A DNA stretch of 64,000 nt from Candidatus Latescibacterota bacterium (lineage in GTDB: Bacteria > Latescibacterota > UBA2968 > UBA8231). How positions within the stretch are numbered: position 1 is the first letter of the stretch; each line of letters opens with the position of its first letter. The DNA lies in contig OZ220089.1 in the NCBI GenBank assembly GCA_964291625.2, forward strand, positions 1,536,001 to 1,600,000. Direction: 5' to 3'. The translations under genes were made by a program, and so were the position numbers. Under the pieces are notes generated by a model. It was not told the DNA's origin, did no database searches, and worked only from the letters and a program-made list of their open reading frames with translations. Of the stretch, positions 31,818 through 40,602 are shown in pieces.

Positions 31818-31905
31818 CGAAACGATCCCTTGCGGTTGGTTGAGAAGCAGGAAACTCTGTCATTTGACGGGTTTCTCAGAATGAGAAAACTGCCCTGCTA
31901 CAACG

Positions 31906-32661
31906 TCAGTCCTGAGAGAGGTCCGGGAACTGGGAATCCCAGTAGGAAGAGGTCGTCGGAGGTGGGGGAGTCTTCCCGAGACTGAAATCGAAGTCCTCCG
32001 GATCGCTTCTCAGGGTGGCTCGCAAGGAGTAGAGGCGGTTGCTGGCCACGCCGTAATCGACTGCATTCACCCACTCCCCGCATGATCCCATGCCGTAGCC
32101 AGCCACAAAGGACACTCGGCGGCTGTAGCCATTCCCCTCTTCGCGGTCGATCCAGTCAGCGTAGCCGCTATACCCGGAGAACTCGAAGGAGCGCATGGGA
32201 GGTCTCTGAGAGGCTGGCTCGTCGAAGAAGTGACCGGAGATAGAGACCTCCGTGTCTCCTTCGGTAGAGGGGATCGTGTAGGACCCAGCATTCGGCTTGA
32301 AGCGGAAGATGGATACCTCTTCGCTGCCTGTGTGCTCCATGAGACGCCGGCCGTCCCAGCGGACCTTCTTGCCCACCATGCAGTGAGGCGGGGCGGAAGT
32401 CCCTGAAGGCAGGCCGCTGAACACGTAGTAGGTCTTCCCATCGATCACCTCGGTGGTGTCGATGGTGATGGTCACCTCGCGATAGGCTCCCTCCGACAAG
32501 CCCATCACCCCATCGTCGGAATCGCCGGCCTCTTGCTTGTAGACCCAAGAGTTGCCGACCACCAGGGGGAGGTAGTCGGAAGGTTGGTACGTCGTCGTCT
32601 GGGCCTGAACCCCGGACGCGAGGACAGCTGGCAGGATCGCCAGCAAGATGCAGATCTGCAT
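31906..32661 (-). CDS. hypothetical secreted protein
   Basis: Signal peptide; DYLPLVVGNSWVY motif. Confidence 0.65.
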   Translation of the reverse strand: MQICILLAILPAVLASGVQAQTTTYQPSDYLPLVVGNSWVYKQEAGDSDDGVMGLSEGAYREVTITIDTTEVIDGKTYYVFSGLPSGTSAPPHCMVGKKVRWDGRRLMEHTGSEEVSIFRFKPNAGSYTIPSTEGDTEVSISGHFFDEPASQRPPMRSFEFSGYSGYADWIDREEGNGYSRRVSFVAGYGMGSCGEWVNAVDYGVASNRLYSLRATLRSDPEDFDFSLGKTPPPPTTSSYWDSQFPDLSQD

Positions 32662-32960
32662 CGCTGATCTTTCCTTCGTTCTATCAGAGAGGTAGGAAGG
32701 AATGCCCGTCGATGACGGGGCCAGTCCTCCACTTTTGCGGGAAGGGGGGAGAACCTCGATCCGAACTGGGTAGCTGTCAAGTTCTTGTTGAAGTGTCAGC
32801 AACTCGGCACGGATTTCCGGGGCCTGCCCAAGGCTCTGGAGCGCCGGACGAAAACCTTGCCAAGGCACCCCTGCCGAACTTATCCTTGGGCAAGTGGCTC
32901 CCGCCCCTCACGAATGGGGCGGGAGCTGCCGTCTCCCTTCGCGCCGTGAGGAGGTACTCC

Positions 32961-33887
32961 ATGCGGACTGGCCTGACGATGTGCGGAATCATTGTCGGAT
33001 GTCTTCTGACCCCCGCCCTTGCCTATGAGTGGGAACATTGGGAATGCCACGAACCTACTTACCACTACTCCGATTTTGTCGGCGTCGGCACCTATTGGCA
33101 TAGATTATTGGTGAACGATAGGATTAGTGACTTGGCCATAGATCGACGCAATGGCAAACTGTACTGGACGTACCGTTCCACCATCTATCGATCAAACCCA
33201 GATGGCTCTGATGCCGAGCATTGGGCCGGCCCTTTCTTTCACGAGGGTGACCTCGGCCCGGGTCCTCTCCACGGGTGGACATGGGCCATGCATCGATTCT
33301 TCATCGGCATCGAAGGCCCCTATATGCATCTGTCCATGTGGGTCAGCCATGGCGGAGACACGGAGAGCCGATTCTCAATCAAGGTCGCTTTTGATGACTG
33401 GCCGGGCGATGAAGACACTTTCAAACTGATGACAGACCCTATTAGCCTAGATGGTGTGTTTTCCCCCCCGGCACCTATTGACGTACATGACTACGACGAC
33501 AGCATCGATGATCGAATTGAAGCCATGGCTCCTGTTCAGTGCGGATTCCATTACGCTTTGGACGACATAACAGGATTCTTCTATTGGGTAGGGACGGGTG
33601 ATGGTGTCTTAAGAGCGTGTAGGATCGCAGACCCTGATGTAGATGATGGAGCGTACAGACTTCACACAGTGGAATACGACCCAGAGGACGAAAGGCCGAT
33701 CATTGACCTAATCGCACACAACGACAATGTGTACTGGGTGACCAATCACCACGAGATCTTCCGCTGGAAGTGGGGTGAGGACAACGACCCATTTACCAAG
33801 ATCATAGACGCGCAAGACGTAGCGAACTCCCACTTCCAGACGGCTGTCGAGCCAACGTCCCTCGGCACCCTGAAGGCATCCCAGTGA
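32961..33887 (+). CDS. hypothetical secreted protein with YWTD-like beta-propeller segments
   Basis: GAGG RBS, signal peptide, LAID..KLYWT..IYRSNPDG; C-terminal TAVEPTSLGTLK. Confidence 0.65.
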   Translation: MRTGLTMCGIIVGCLLTPALAYEWEHWECHEPTYHYSDFVGVGTYWHRLLVNDRISDLAIDRRNGKLYWTYRSTIYRSNPDGSDAEHWAGPFFHEGDLGPGPLHGWTWAMHRFFIGIEGPYMHLSMWVSHGGDTESRFSIKVAFDDWPGDEDTFKLMTDPISLDGVFSPPAPIDVHDYDDSIDDRIEAMAPVQCGFHYALDDITGFFYWVGTGDGVLRACRIADPDVDDGAYRLHTVEYDPEDERPIIDLIAHNDNVYWVTNHHEIFRWKWGEDNDPFTKIIDAQDVANSHFQTAVEPTSLGTLKASQ

Positions 33888-33952
33888 GGACCTCATGCTG
33901 ACTCGCGCAGGACTCTCTCTCTGTGGAGCGCCATCGCCATCGTCGTCATCTT

Positions 33953-34712
33953 CGTGGACCGCATGGCCAGCGCCGCCGCCGACGCCGGGGTGGTAGCCCA
34001 GGCCGCGTACATGAAGCTCTACGATCCCGCCTTCCGCCTGCTGGAGCGCGAGGTCGGGGCCATGGGGCCGGAGCCGCGCTTCGCCCAGGTGAACCACCTG
34101 CACACCGACAACCGCCATCACCTGGCCCACTTCCGGCTGCGGCGCGCCGACGACCTGCCCGACTCGGCCCTCCGGGAAACAACTGCCCTCCGCAACGCCG
34201 ACTCCGACCGCGCACTCGGCCACGTCCTCGGCCACGTGCGCTCGGCCTTCTTCCACCTCGCCGGCAGCATGATCCACGACCTCTACGGACTGCGCCACCT
34301 CTTCGGGCCGCCGGAACGCGTGGCCGCCACGGAGATCTGGAGCGGCGGCCTGGGGATCAGCACGATCCTCGGGTGGGCCGGCGGCCTGCGCTGCGCCGCC
34401 ACCTGGGTCGAGCTGGAGCGCATCCGCCACTTCCGCGAGACCCTGGAGGTCTACGGTCCGGACCGCGGCGCGATCCTCTCCTACCCGACGGGGTTCTCGC
34501 GGGGGCAGCTGAGCGAGGTGGTGATCCGAGGGGTCTCGGAGGAGGGCGAGCCCTTCGAGCGCCGGCCCTCCGTCGACTGGGAGAGCCCCTTCGTCGCCGA
34601 GCTGCGCCACTTCCACGCCTGCGTGACGGAGGGGGAGGCCTGCCGCACGCCGCTGGCGGAGGCCCGCCACGACGTGCAGTTGGTGGTTGACATCGCCCGC
34701 GCAGGTGGCTGA
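33953..34712 (+). pseudogene. 5'-truncated duplicate of the Gfo/Idh/MocA gene (repeat copy 2)
   Basis: About 96% identical to 18395-19142; lacks the Rossmann N-terminus. Confidence 0.88.
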
Positions 34713-34952
34713 CTCGTCCGTTCGCCCTTAGTACCGGCCGAACTGGGCGTCAGTTCGACAGCTAACCCGCACATCCTGAATGCGATCGACGTGGCAACTG
34801 CTGTGCGTGTCCCGGTCCACACTGTGAGCGTGTAATAGGACATTGCGGTCTAGGGTTCGGCGCAGGGAGTACGGTTCGATGCGCCGCGTCGAGCCACGAC
34901 AGCCGCGTTTCCACGCGTAGCCGGTTGCCGCCGCAAATCGGACGACCTTCAA
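34713..34952 (-). pseudogene. WYL-domain relic (likely C-terminus of an AbiEii-WYL fusion)
   Basis: VRFAA(ANRLRVE)..GSTRRIEPYSLRRT..NVLLHA..VDRIQDVRV. Confidence 0.6.
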
Positions 34953-35101
34953 GAGAGACCGTGCCGCTGGGACGGCCGAGGGGGCGTCGCAGTTCTTGGC
35001 GGGAAAGGGGTGTGAGGGGTGCGGGTGGCAGTGCGCGGGCGAAACCTCAACGTCTCCAAGTTGCCGATCTTGGTTTCCACGCTGAGCAGAGGTAAACGTG
35101 G

Positions 35102-36744
35102 CTACAGATAGGTGTTGTCGATCAGTATCTCAATGTTATACCAGTGGACCTTCCAACCGGCCATGCTCGGTTCCTCCTCTACTACTCGATAATGCTGTCC
35201 CTCAACGGGCAGATAGGCTCGCTTGCGAAGCCATTCGCCGATTCCCTCAAGGCCTAAGTTGCTCACGATCTTGCGTAGCAAGTGTGGTATTCGCACGACG
35301 GGCACATCCTCCGTGTGCACATATCCGCCACCCACCGAAGATTCGGATGCAACCGCCCAATCAACCCTCCAATTCTCATCGATTCCCAGCACACTGTAAA
35401 GCGCATCTCCGCGTGTGTCGATTAGTTCCCGACGGACTCGTACTTGCGCAAACCCTCGGCTATCTCCTTCGACCGCTCCCAAATCTCGCGTACCTCTGCC
35501 GGTGCCACAAAAGACTTCAGTTCGAGAATGAGACAGTGTTTGCTCTCCTCGTCCATGAGCGCCAGATCGACTTCAGAGGCCACATCCCACCCCGGTACAT
35601 TGCCATGCCAGTGACGCATTCGCATTGGCGTTAGCGTATCGACGATGCGCCCGCGTGACCGAGCTTCCCTGTCCGAGCTTAGCGAATTGTAGATGACTCG
35701 TTCCTCTGGAATGCGGTTCATGAGGACCGCGAAGTTGCGCTCCAGTCGCGAACAGAGCACAAGATTGGGTGCGATGCCAAGCTTGTCCGGAAGCAGCGGA
35801 ATCAGCGGCTGCAATGCCAGATCCGGCTGCTGTATCCCGCGCGTCCCGTATGTGTGATCCTCAAGCAACGCTCCGGTGGTTTCCTCGTCCAGCCCGGTGT
35901 ACCGGACCATACGCCGGTGGATTTCCCTCCTGTCCATGATGACCAGACTGTCTGCAAAGCCCCACTCGCGTAGGCCTGCTTGCGAGGCCTGAACCCTGGC
36001 GAGAACGTGAATTCCACACAGAGCCCGCAGCACACGAGCCCAACGTTGGAATTCCCCAACCGAGTATCGAGAAAAGGTCCACTGAGCAGGAAGTGGAGGT
36101 TCTGGACCGAGAGAAACCTCCATTGCACTTTCTGCTAGTTGAACCATACGTGGATTCAGACGGTAGGAGAATCTCTCGCCCTCCAGTCGCAACGACGCGC
36201 CAATCTGCTGCGCCAACTGTATCTGAGCGCCACTCTCTGGGTGTAACTCATCAATCCCGCCATCTACAAGCCGATCGTAGGCTTCGTAGCGCGCGTTCTG
36301 CTTCAGAAGGGGATCGGGGACTACCGTATTGTGATCAAGTGTCAAGCCAATAACACCGATACTCGCGTAGGTATACGCAGCCTCAAAATCCAGATAGCTA
36401 TCAGACAGATCCGACAGAGCAAGTGCTGCGTCGAGCATCTCTTGATCATGCTTGTGGGGAATACTCCCACCCTCGCGGCATGTCTTCCACATCCATAGTA
36501 AGGGCCGCTTGGCTTGTGTTATGACCGAATCGGCGAGAGCTGCCATCGCCTGATTGTCTAGAAGCAAGGACATCGAGCCGGCGATCATTGGGACGACGAA
36601 GCGGGCCTCGCAGGCAGCAAGATAGTGCCACGCAGCTTCTCCAAATGGCCTGTTCAGCAGTTCGTTGACCAAGTGGGCGCGATCAATCTCGACTTCCGCT
36701 TTGCGGAGCTCCGGAGCAACTGCACCACCTGTCTCCATAGACAA
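35102..36744 (-). CDS. hypothetical protein with C-terminal PD-(D/E)xK/NERD-like motif; frameshift near 35453
   Basis: SEVDLALMD..LILELKSF..KEIAEG; reading continues in another frame (AQVRVRRE..) to 35102; lower GC. Confidence 0.55.
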
Positions 36745-36776
36745 AATATCCTAAGGGCTTGGGCGAACCCGCTGAT

Positions 36777-37262
36777 TGTCAAATGCCATTGATGCACTTT
36801 ACCCCGCCCCCCTCCAAGCGATCCACCAAGGATGTCAAGGGACACAGAGACTCGCGCACCCGGCTGATCAGGGTTGGTTGGTGCCGGATCGGTATTCCTC
36901 CACCCTGAGGTGAGGCGTGGCACCAGGAACGGGGATCTGCAACGCACCCCGGGGCGAAGCCCCCGGCCCCAGCGAGTAACCCTCGTCGAGCGAGGGAATG
37001 AGATGTCGCCCCGGTTCCGCCATCCTCAGCCTGTGTCATCGGTCCTGGGCCAGTTGCTGGTTTGTGTCGCGGAGGCGGAAGCTACGGCCGTCGATCTGCA
37101 AGGACATGGCAGTAGGGCAACAGACGAACCCATGGCCGTGGCCAAGGACCTCGTCGCCGGCCAGCATCTCCGGCCATTCACGGGTGCTCCTATGGAGGTG
37201 ATCAGGGTGCTCCCACACTCGTAGCGATGGTTGATGACCTTGAACAGCAGGTGTACATCCAA
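36777..37262 (-). mobile_element. IS21-family relic (istB 3' fragment + probable terminus)
   Basis: LLFKVINHRYECGSTLITS / WPEMLAGDEVL / QIDGRSFRLR are IstB motifs; TGTCAA end at 36777. Confidence 0.65.
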
Positions 37263-37390
37263 CTCTCCGCAAGCGCGTCATGGCCATGGATGCCCCAGAG
37301 AAGCCAGCCGATCACGTAATCCTTCTCGATCACGTGGGGATTCAGGCCGAGCGCGGCAGCGGCTTCGATGATCTCCCGCTTGTCGATCAT
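37259..37390 (-). pseudogene. abiEii: AbiEii nucleotidyltransferase toxin, N-terminal stub
   Basis: MIDKREI..VIEKDYVIGWLLWGI..ALAESW; ATGA overlap with abiEi; cut before the FKGGT motif. Confidence 0.75.
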
Positions 37391-38202
37391 GGGCGCCGCT
37401 CCGGCACCCAGTTCGGCGGCACCCAAAGGCGCCACCGTGATACCAGCCGCGTACAATCCAGGGTGGGATCGAGCCGGGCATTGCCCTGCGTCAGCCGCGT
37501 GCGGCATTCCTCGCGTAGGCCGCCGGATTCCGCATGCCCCTCGAGCAGAGAGCCGAGTCGCTTGAAGACCGCACCATTGCCGAGAGTCTCGGCATAATCG
37601 ATCAGGGTGTCGTCATTGCGGTCCTCGTGTTTCAGGTAGGCTTCCAGGCAGTCGGCGACATGCTGAATCCCGCCGCCGCGGGCGGGATCGTCGAACATGT
37701 CGACCATGGTGCGGTGAACGTCGGAGACCAGGACTCTCGACTGCCCCCGCCAGACCGGCCTGGTGCCGAAGATCTTTCTCTCATGGATGTGATGTAGAGT
37801 GAAGTGAGCACCATGGCGCACCTGGTGCTTGTGGCGCACCGGCCGGGCGGTCAAGACAACGATGTCCCGGAACAACTGCTCGGTCAGGTCCCAGTGCCCG
37901 GCCGCTGTGCGGCCGCCCACGTAGGCCGGGTCGTAGAGGGCTGGGACCAGCACCCACGGGTCGTCGAGAACCTGAGGGCTGTCGAGCAGATCCAGCGAGG
38001 CGGAGACATAGGCTCCGTGGGCCACCCGGCGCAGCCAGCCTTGCCGGGTCCAGCGGGAGAGAAGCTGCGAGGCTTGCGTCCTGTCGACCGACAGGATGGC
38101 CTCCACGTCGGCGGCACGAATGACCTCACCGGCGCCCTGTATGACCGAGACGAGCCGGCGCCTCCCGCGCGGGATAGGCTGTGATTGGGCGATGGTTACT
38201 AT
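37387..38202 (-). CDS. abiEi: type IV TA antitoxin AbiEi
   Basis: LSRW..GWLRRVAHGAY, AYVGGRTAAGHWDLTEQ, VSDVHRT, FKRLG; frame is open upstream of 38106 but has no canonical start. Confidence 0.8.
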   Translation of the reverse strand: MVTIAQSQPIPRGRRRLVSVIQGAGEVIRAADVEAILSVDRTQASQLLSRWTRQGWLRRVAHGAYVSASLDLLDSPQVLDDPWVLVPALYDPAYVGGRTAAGHWDLTEQLFRDIVVLTARPVRHKHQVRHGAHFTLHHIHERKIFGTRPVWRGQSRVLVSDVHRTMVDMFDDPARGGGIQHVADCLEAYLKHEDRNDDTLIDYAETLGNGAVFKRLGSLLEGHAESGGLREECRTRLTQGNARLDPTLDCTRLVSRWRLWVPPNWVPERRP

Positions 38203-38284
38203 ACTCTCGACGCAATAATTGACTTTTTTTGTTAATTTGCGACGGTAGAATATACTGTCTTCTCTCAGGACATCAACCCGTGCC

Positions 38285-38596
38285 TTACCCGACGCTCCGA
38301 GGCACGTCGAGAGTTGGTATCCCGGAGACGTCCACGGTGCGCTCCGCGACCGCCAGATCGTGGATTCGCTGCAGGCTTACCCAGAAGCCGGCCCCGTTGC
38401 CGAAGAGCTTGCCGAAACGCACCCCCATCTCGGCGGTGACCGGCTGCTTCTCGTTGAGGATGTCGTAGAGCGTCTGCCGGGATATCCCGAGGGCATTGGC
38501 TACAGCGGTCTTGCTGATGGACAACGCTGGCAGAATGTCCTCGCGCAGGATCTCCCCCGGATGCACCGGGTCAATGGAAGGGTGTCTCTCGATCAT
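38285..38596 (-). CDS. higA: HigA-family antitoxin (orphan)
   Basis: VHPGEILRED..LGISRQTL..VTAEMGVR..FWVSLQ. Confidence 0.9.
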   Translation of the reverse strand: MIERHPSIDPVHPGEILREDILPALSISKTAVANALGISRQTLYDILNEKQPVTAEMGVRFGKLFGNGAGFWVSLQRIHDLAVAERTVDVSGIPTLDVPRSVG

Positions 38597-38681
38597 CCTG
38601 AGCGCCTTGTGCAGTGTGCTTCCGAAGATGACTCTAGATGACGGGAGGAAGCACTTGTCAAGCAATGCCTTACAGGCAGCC

Positions 38682-39335
38682 ATGGCCTCCACCGTGGTGG
38701 CTCTGCCGCCCGCGGTCATCGCCCTCGCAGTGGCCCTCGCGCAGCCCGGGCCCGCCCCGGCAGAGACCACCCGGGTCGACAGCCTGGGTATCACGGTCCG
38801 GGACTCCCTGTCCCAGGGCCTCGTGGTGTGGGCCGTCAACTCCTACTGCCCCTCCCGGAACTGCAAGGCGGTGCAGCGGCTGGAGATCTTCCGGCCGGGT
38901 ATCCTGGAGACGACCTTCGGCGACGAACAGGCCGGGTGGCTCAGGGAGAAACTGAAGGACCTGCACGTCCAGGTTCTGGAGGGGCTTCGCGCCAGGATCG
39001 CCCGGGGAATCCTGCGGAAGTCGGATTGGCGCGGCCTGTACGAGGTCTCCCTCACCGTCCTCGATCTCAAGTTGCGGCGCCTCTACGAGCAGAACCTCGA
39101 GGAGCGGAGGGCCGTCAGGGCCGGGGTGCGGGTCACCCTGTCGACGCGCTTCGTGTTGCGAGAGGTCGAGACGGGAGACCGGCTTCACTCGGAGGTGATC
39201 GCCGCGAGCAGGACGGCTCACCTTGGCGGTGAGCCGGTCGAATTCAGGGACTTGCTGGAAGAGACCGTCATCTCCGCCTACAAGACCCTCTCCGTGCAGT
39301 ACGACAGCCTCTCCGCGTCTCCCGGCGATCGGTGA
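38682..39335 (+). CDS. hypothetical secreted protein
   Basis: Signal-like N-terminus, GC3-rich codon usage; start uncertain. Confidence 0.55.
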   Translation: MASTVVALPPAVIALAVALAQPGPAPAETTRVDSLGITVRDSLSQGLVVWAVNSYCPSRNCKAVQRLEIFRPGILETTFGDEQAGWLREKLKDLHVQVLEGLRARIARGILRKSDWRGLYEVSLTVLDLKLRRLYEQNLEERRAVRAGVRVTLSTRFVLREVETGDRLHSEVIAASRTAHLGGEPVEFRDLLEETVISAYKTLSVQYDSLSASPGDR

Positions 39336-39344
39336 GGTGACCCC

Positions 39345-40595
39345 ATGCGGTATCGAGCTCCGGGCAGGCTCAGACTTGGTCTCTCCCTTCTCCTGTCCGC
39401 GTTCCTGCACCTGCTTCTCATAGCCGGCTACCACCTGCTCGCCCCCTCGCCCTCCCCCGGCCACCTCCCCTTCTTCCGCCCTCCTCAAGCCCCGTCCACC
39501 CCTCGCCTCACGGGTCGGGAGCCGGAGGCCGAGGCCCCCGCCATGAGGAAGGTGGCGGGCCGATTGCCGGATCTGTCCCGAACCGTGGATGCTGTCACCT
39601 CCACCGTCTCCGACAGTGTCGCGCCGCGTGGGGCACCAGGCGACACCTTGGCGGGACCCATCGAGGTGGGTGGGAGGGGTCTCTCCTTCGTGAGGCAGGT
39701 GCCGGCCGAGGATTCGGCGGAGGTCCGGGTCCAGGACCTGGGACCCTCCTTTCCCATGGAGGAACGCGACGCCTACGCGCGGCTGTGGGTGCCCGACGCC
39801 GACCCGACGGATCAGGAGAGCGCCCCCGCCAGAAGGGCCCGCCAGATCGTCCTGGCGTGCCTGAACGCCATGGGCGGCGTGGACCGGCTCGAGGCCCTCC
39901 ACTCGATGGCCGCCGTCGTGTGGGTCCGGGCCACGAGCAGCTTCATGCCCCCCGTCGGCAGAGAGCGCCCATGGGTTTATACAGTGGCTCCCTATGTCCA
40001 TCCCGTGTCCGTCTGGCGTTTCGAACGCAGCGGGGACTGGGAGCGCAGGCCCTACGCCCGGGAGGGGGGGCTCCCCAGCCTGACCGGGATGGTCCCCTAC
40101 TACGAGGTCGGGGCCTTCTTCAACTTCTTCGAGAATCGCTGGCGGTCCTCCCCTCCCTGGAGCCGTACTCACCGTGAGCGATCGGAGGGGGAACGCTGGA
40201 ACTTCGTCCACCGGTTCCTCGGCGAGGGAGTGCAACTGCGATACGCCGGCAAGGGAACCTTCGATCGGCGTTCCGTCCGATCCGTGTTCGTCGACGACCG
40301 GAAGTTCGGCCGCCTCTTCCTGGCCCACTTCGATTCCGATGACGCCCTGCTCGTGGCCGTGGAGGAAGAGCTGTCGGAGAGGGAAGCGGAATGGTTCAGG
40401 GCCCAGCGGGGCCATCAGAGAAGGAAGAGCCCGGTCTGGACCACCCGCTATGGGGAATACGAGGAGATCCAGGGGATCCTGTGGCCAACTCGTTGGCGCC
40501 GGACCGAGGCAGGCGCCCAGGGCTCTTCCACCATCCTCCTGAGCGTCGCCTTCAACGGCGAAGAGCCGAGCCAGGAGCCGCCCGAGGTGGACTGA
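39345..40595 (+). CDS. hypothetical membrane-anchored protein
   Basis: GAGG RBS, N-terminal TM (LSAFLHLLL), AMGGVDRL and YGEYEEIQGILWP motifs. Confidence 0.65.
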   Translation: MRYRAPGRLRLGLSLLLSAFLHLLLIAGYHLLAPSPSPGHLPFFRPPQAPSTPRLTGREPEAEAPAMRKVAGRLPDLSRTVDAVTSTVSDSVAPRGAPGDTLAGPIEVGGRGLSFVRQVPAEDSAEVRVQDLGPSFPMEERDAYARLWVPDADPTDQESAPARRARQIVLACLNAMGGVDRLEALHSMAAVVWVRATSSFMPPVGRERPWVYTVAPYVHPVSVWRFERSGDWERRPYAREGGLPSLTGMVPYYEVGAFFNFFENRWRSSPPWSRTHRERSEGERWNFVHRFLGEGVQLRYAGKGTFDRRSVRSVFVDDRKFGRLFLAHFDSDDALLVAVEEELSEREAEWFRAQRGHQRRKSPVWTTRYGEYEEIQGILWPTRWRRTEAGAQGSSTILLSVAFNGEEPSQEPPEVD

Positions 40596-40602
40596 GCGGA
40601 GA

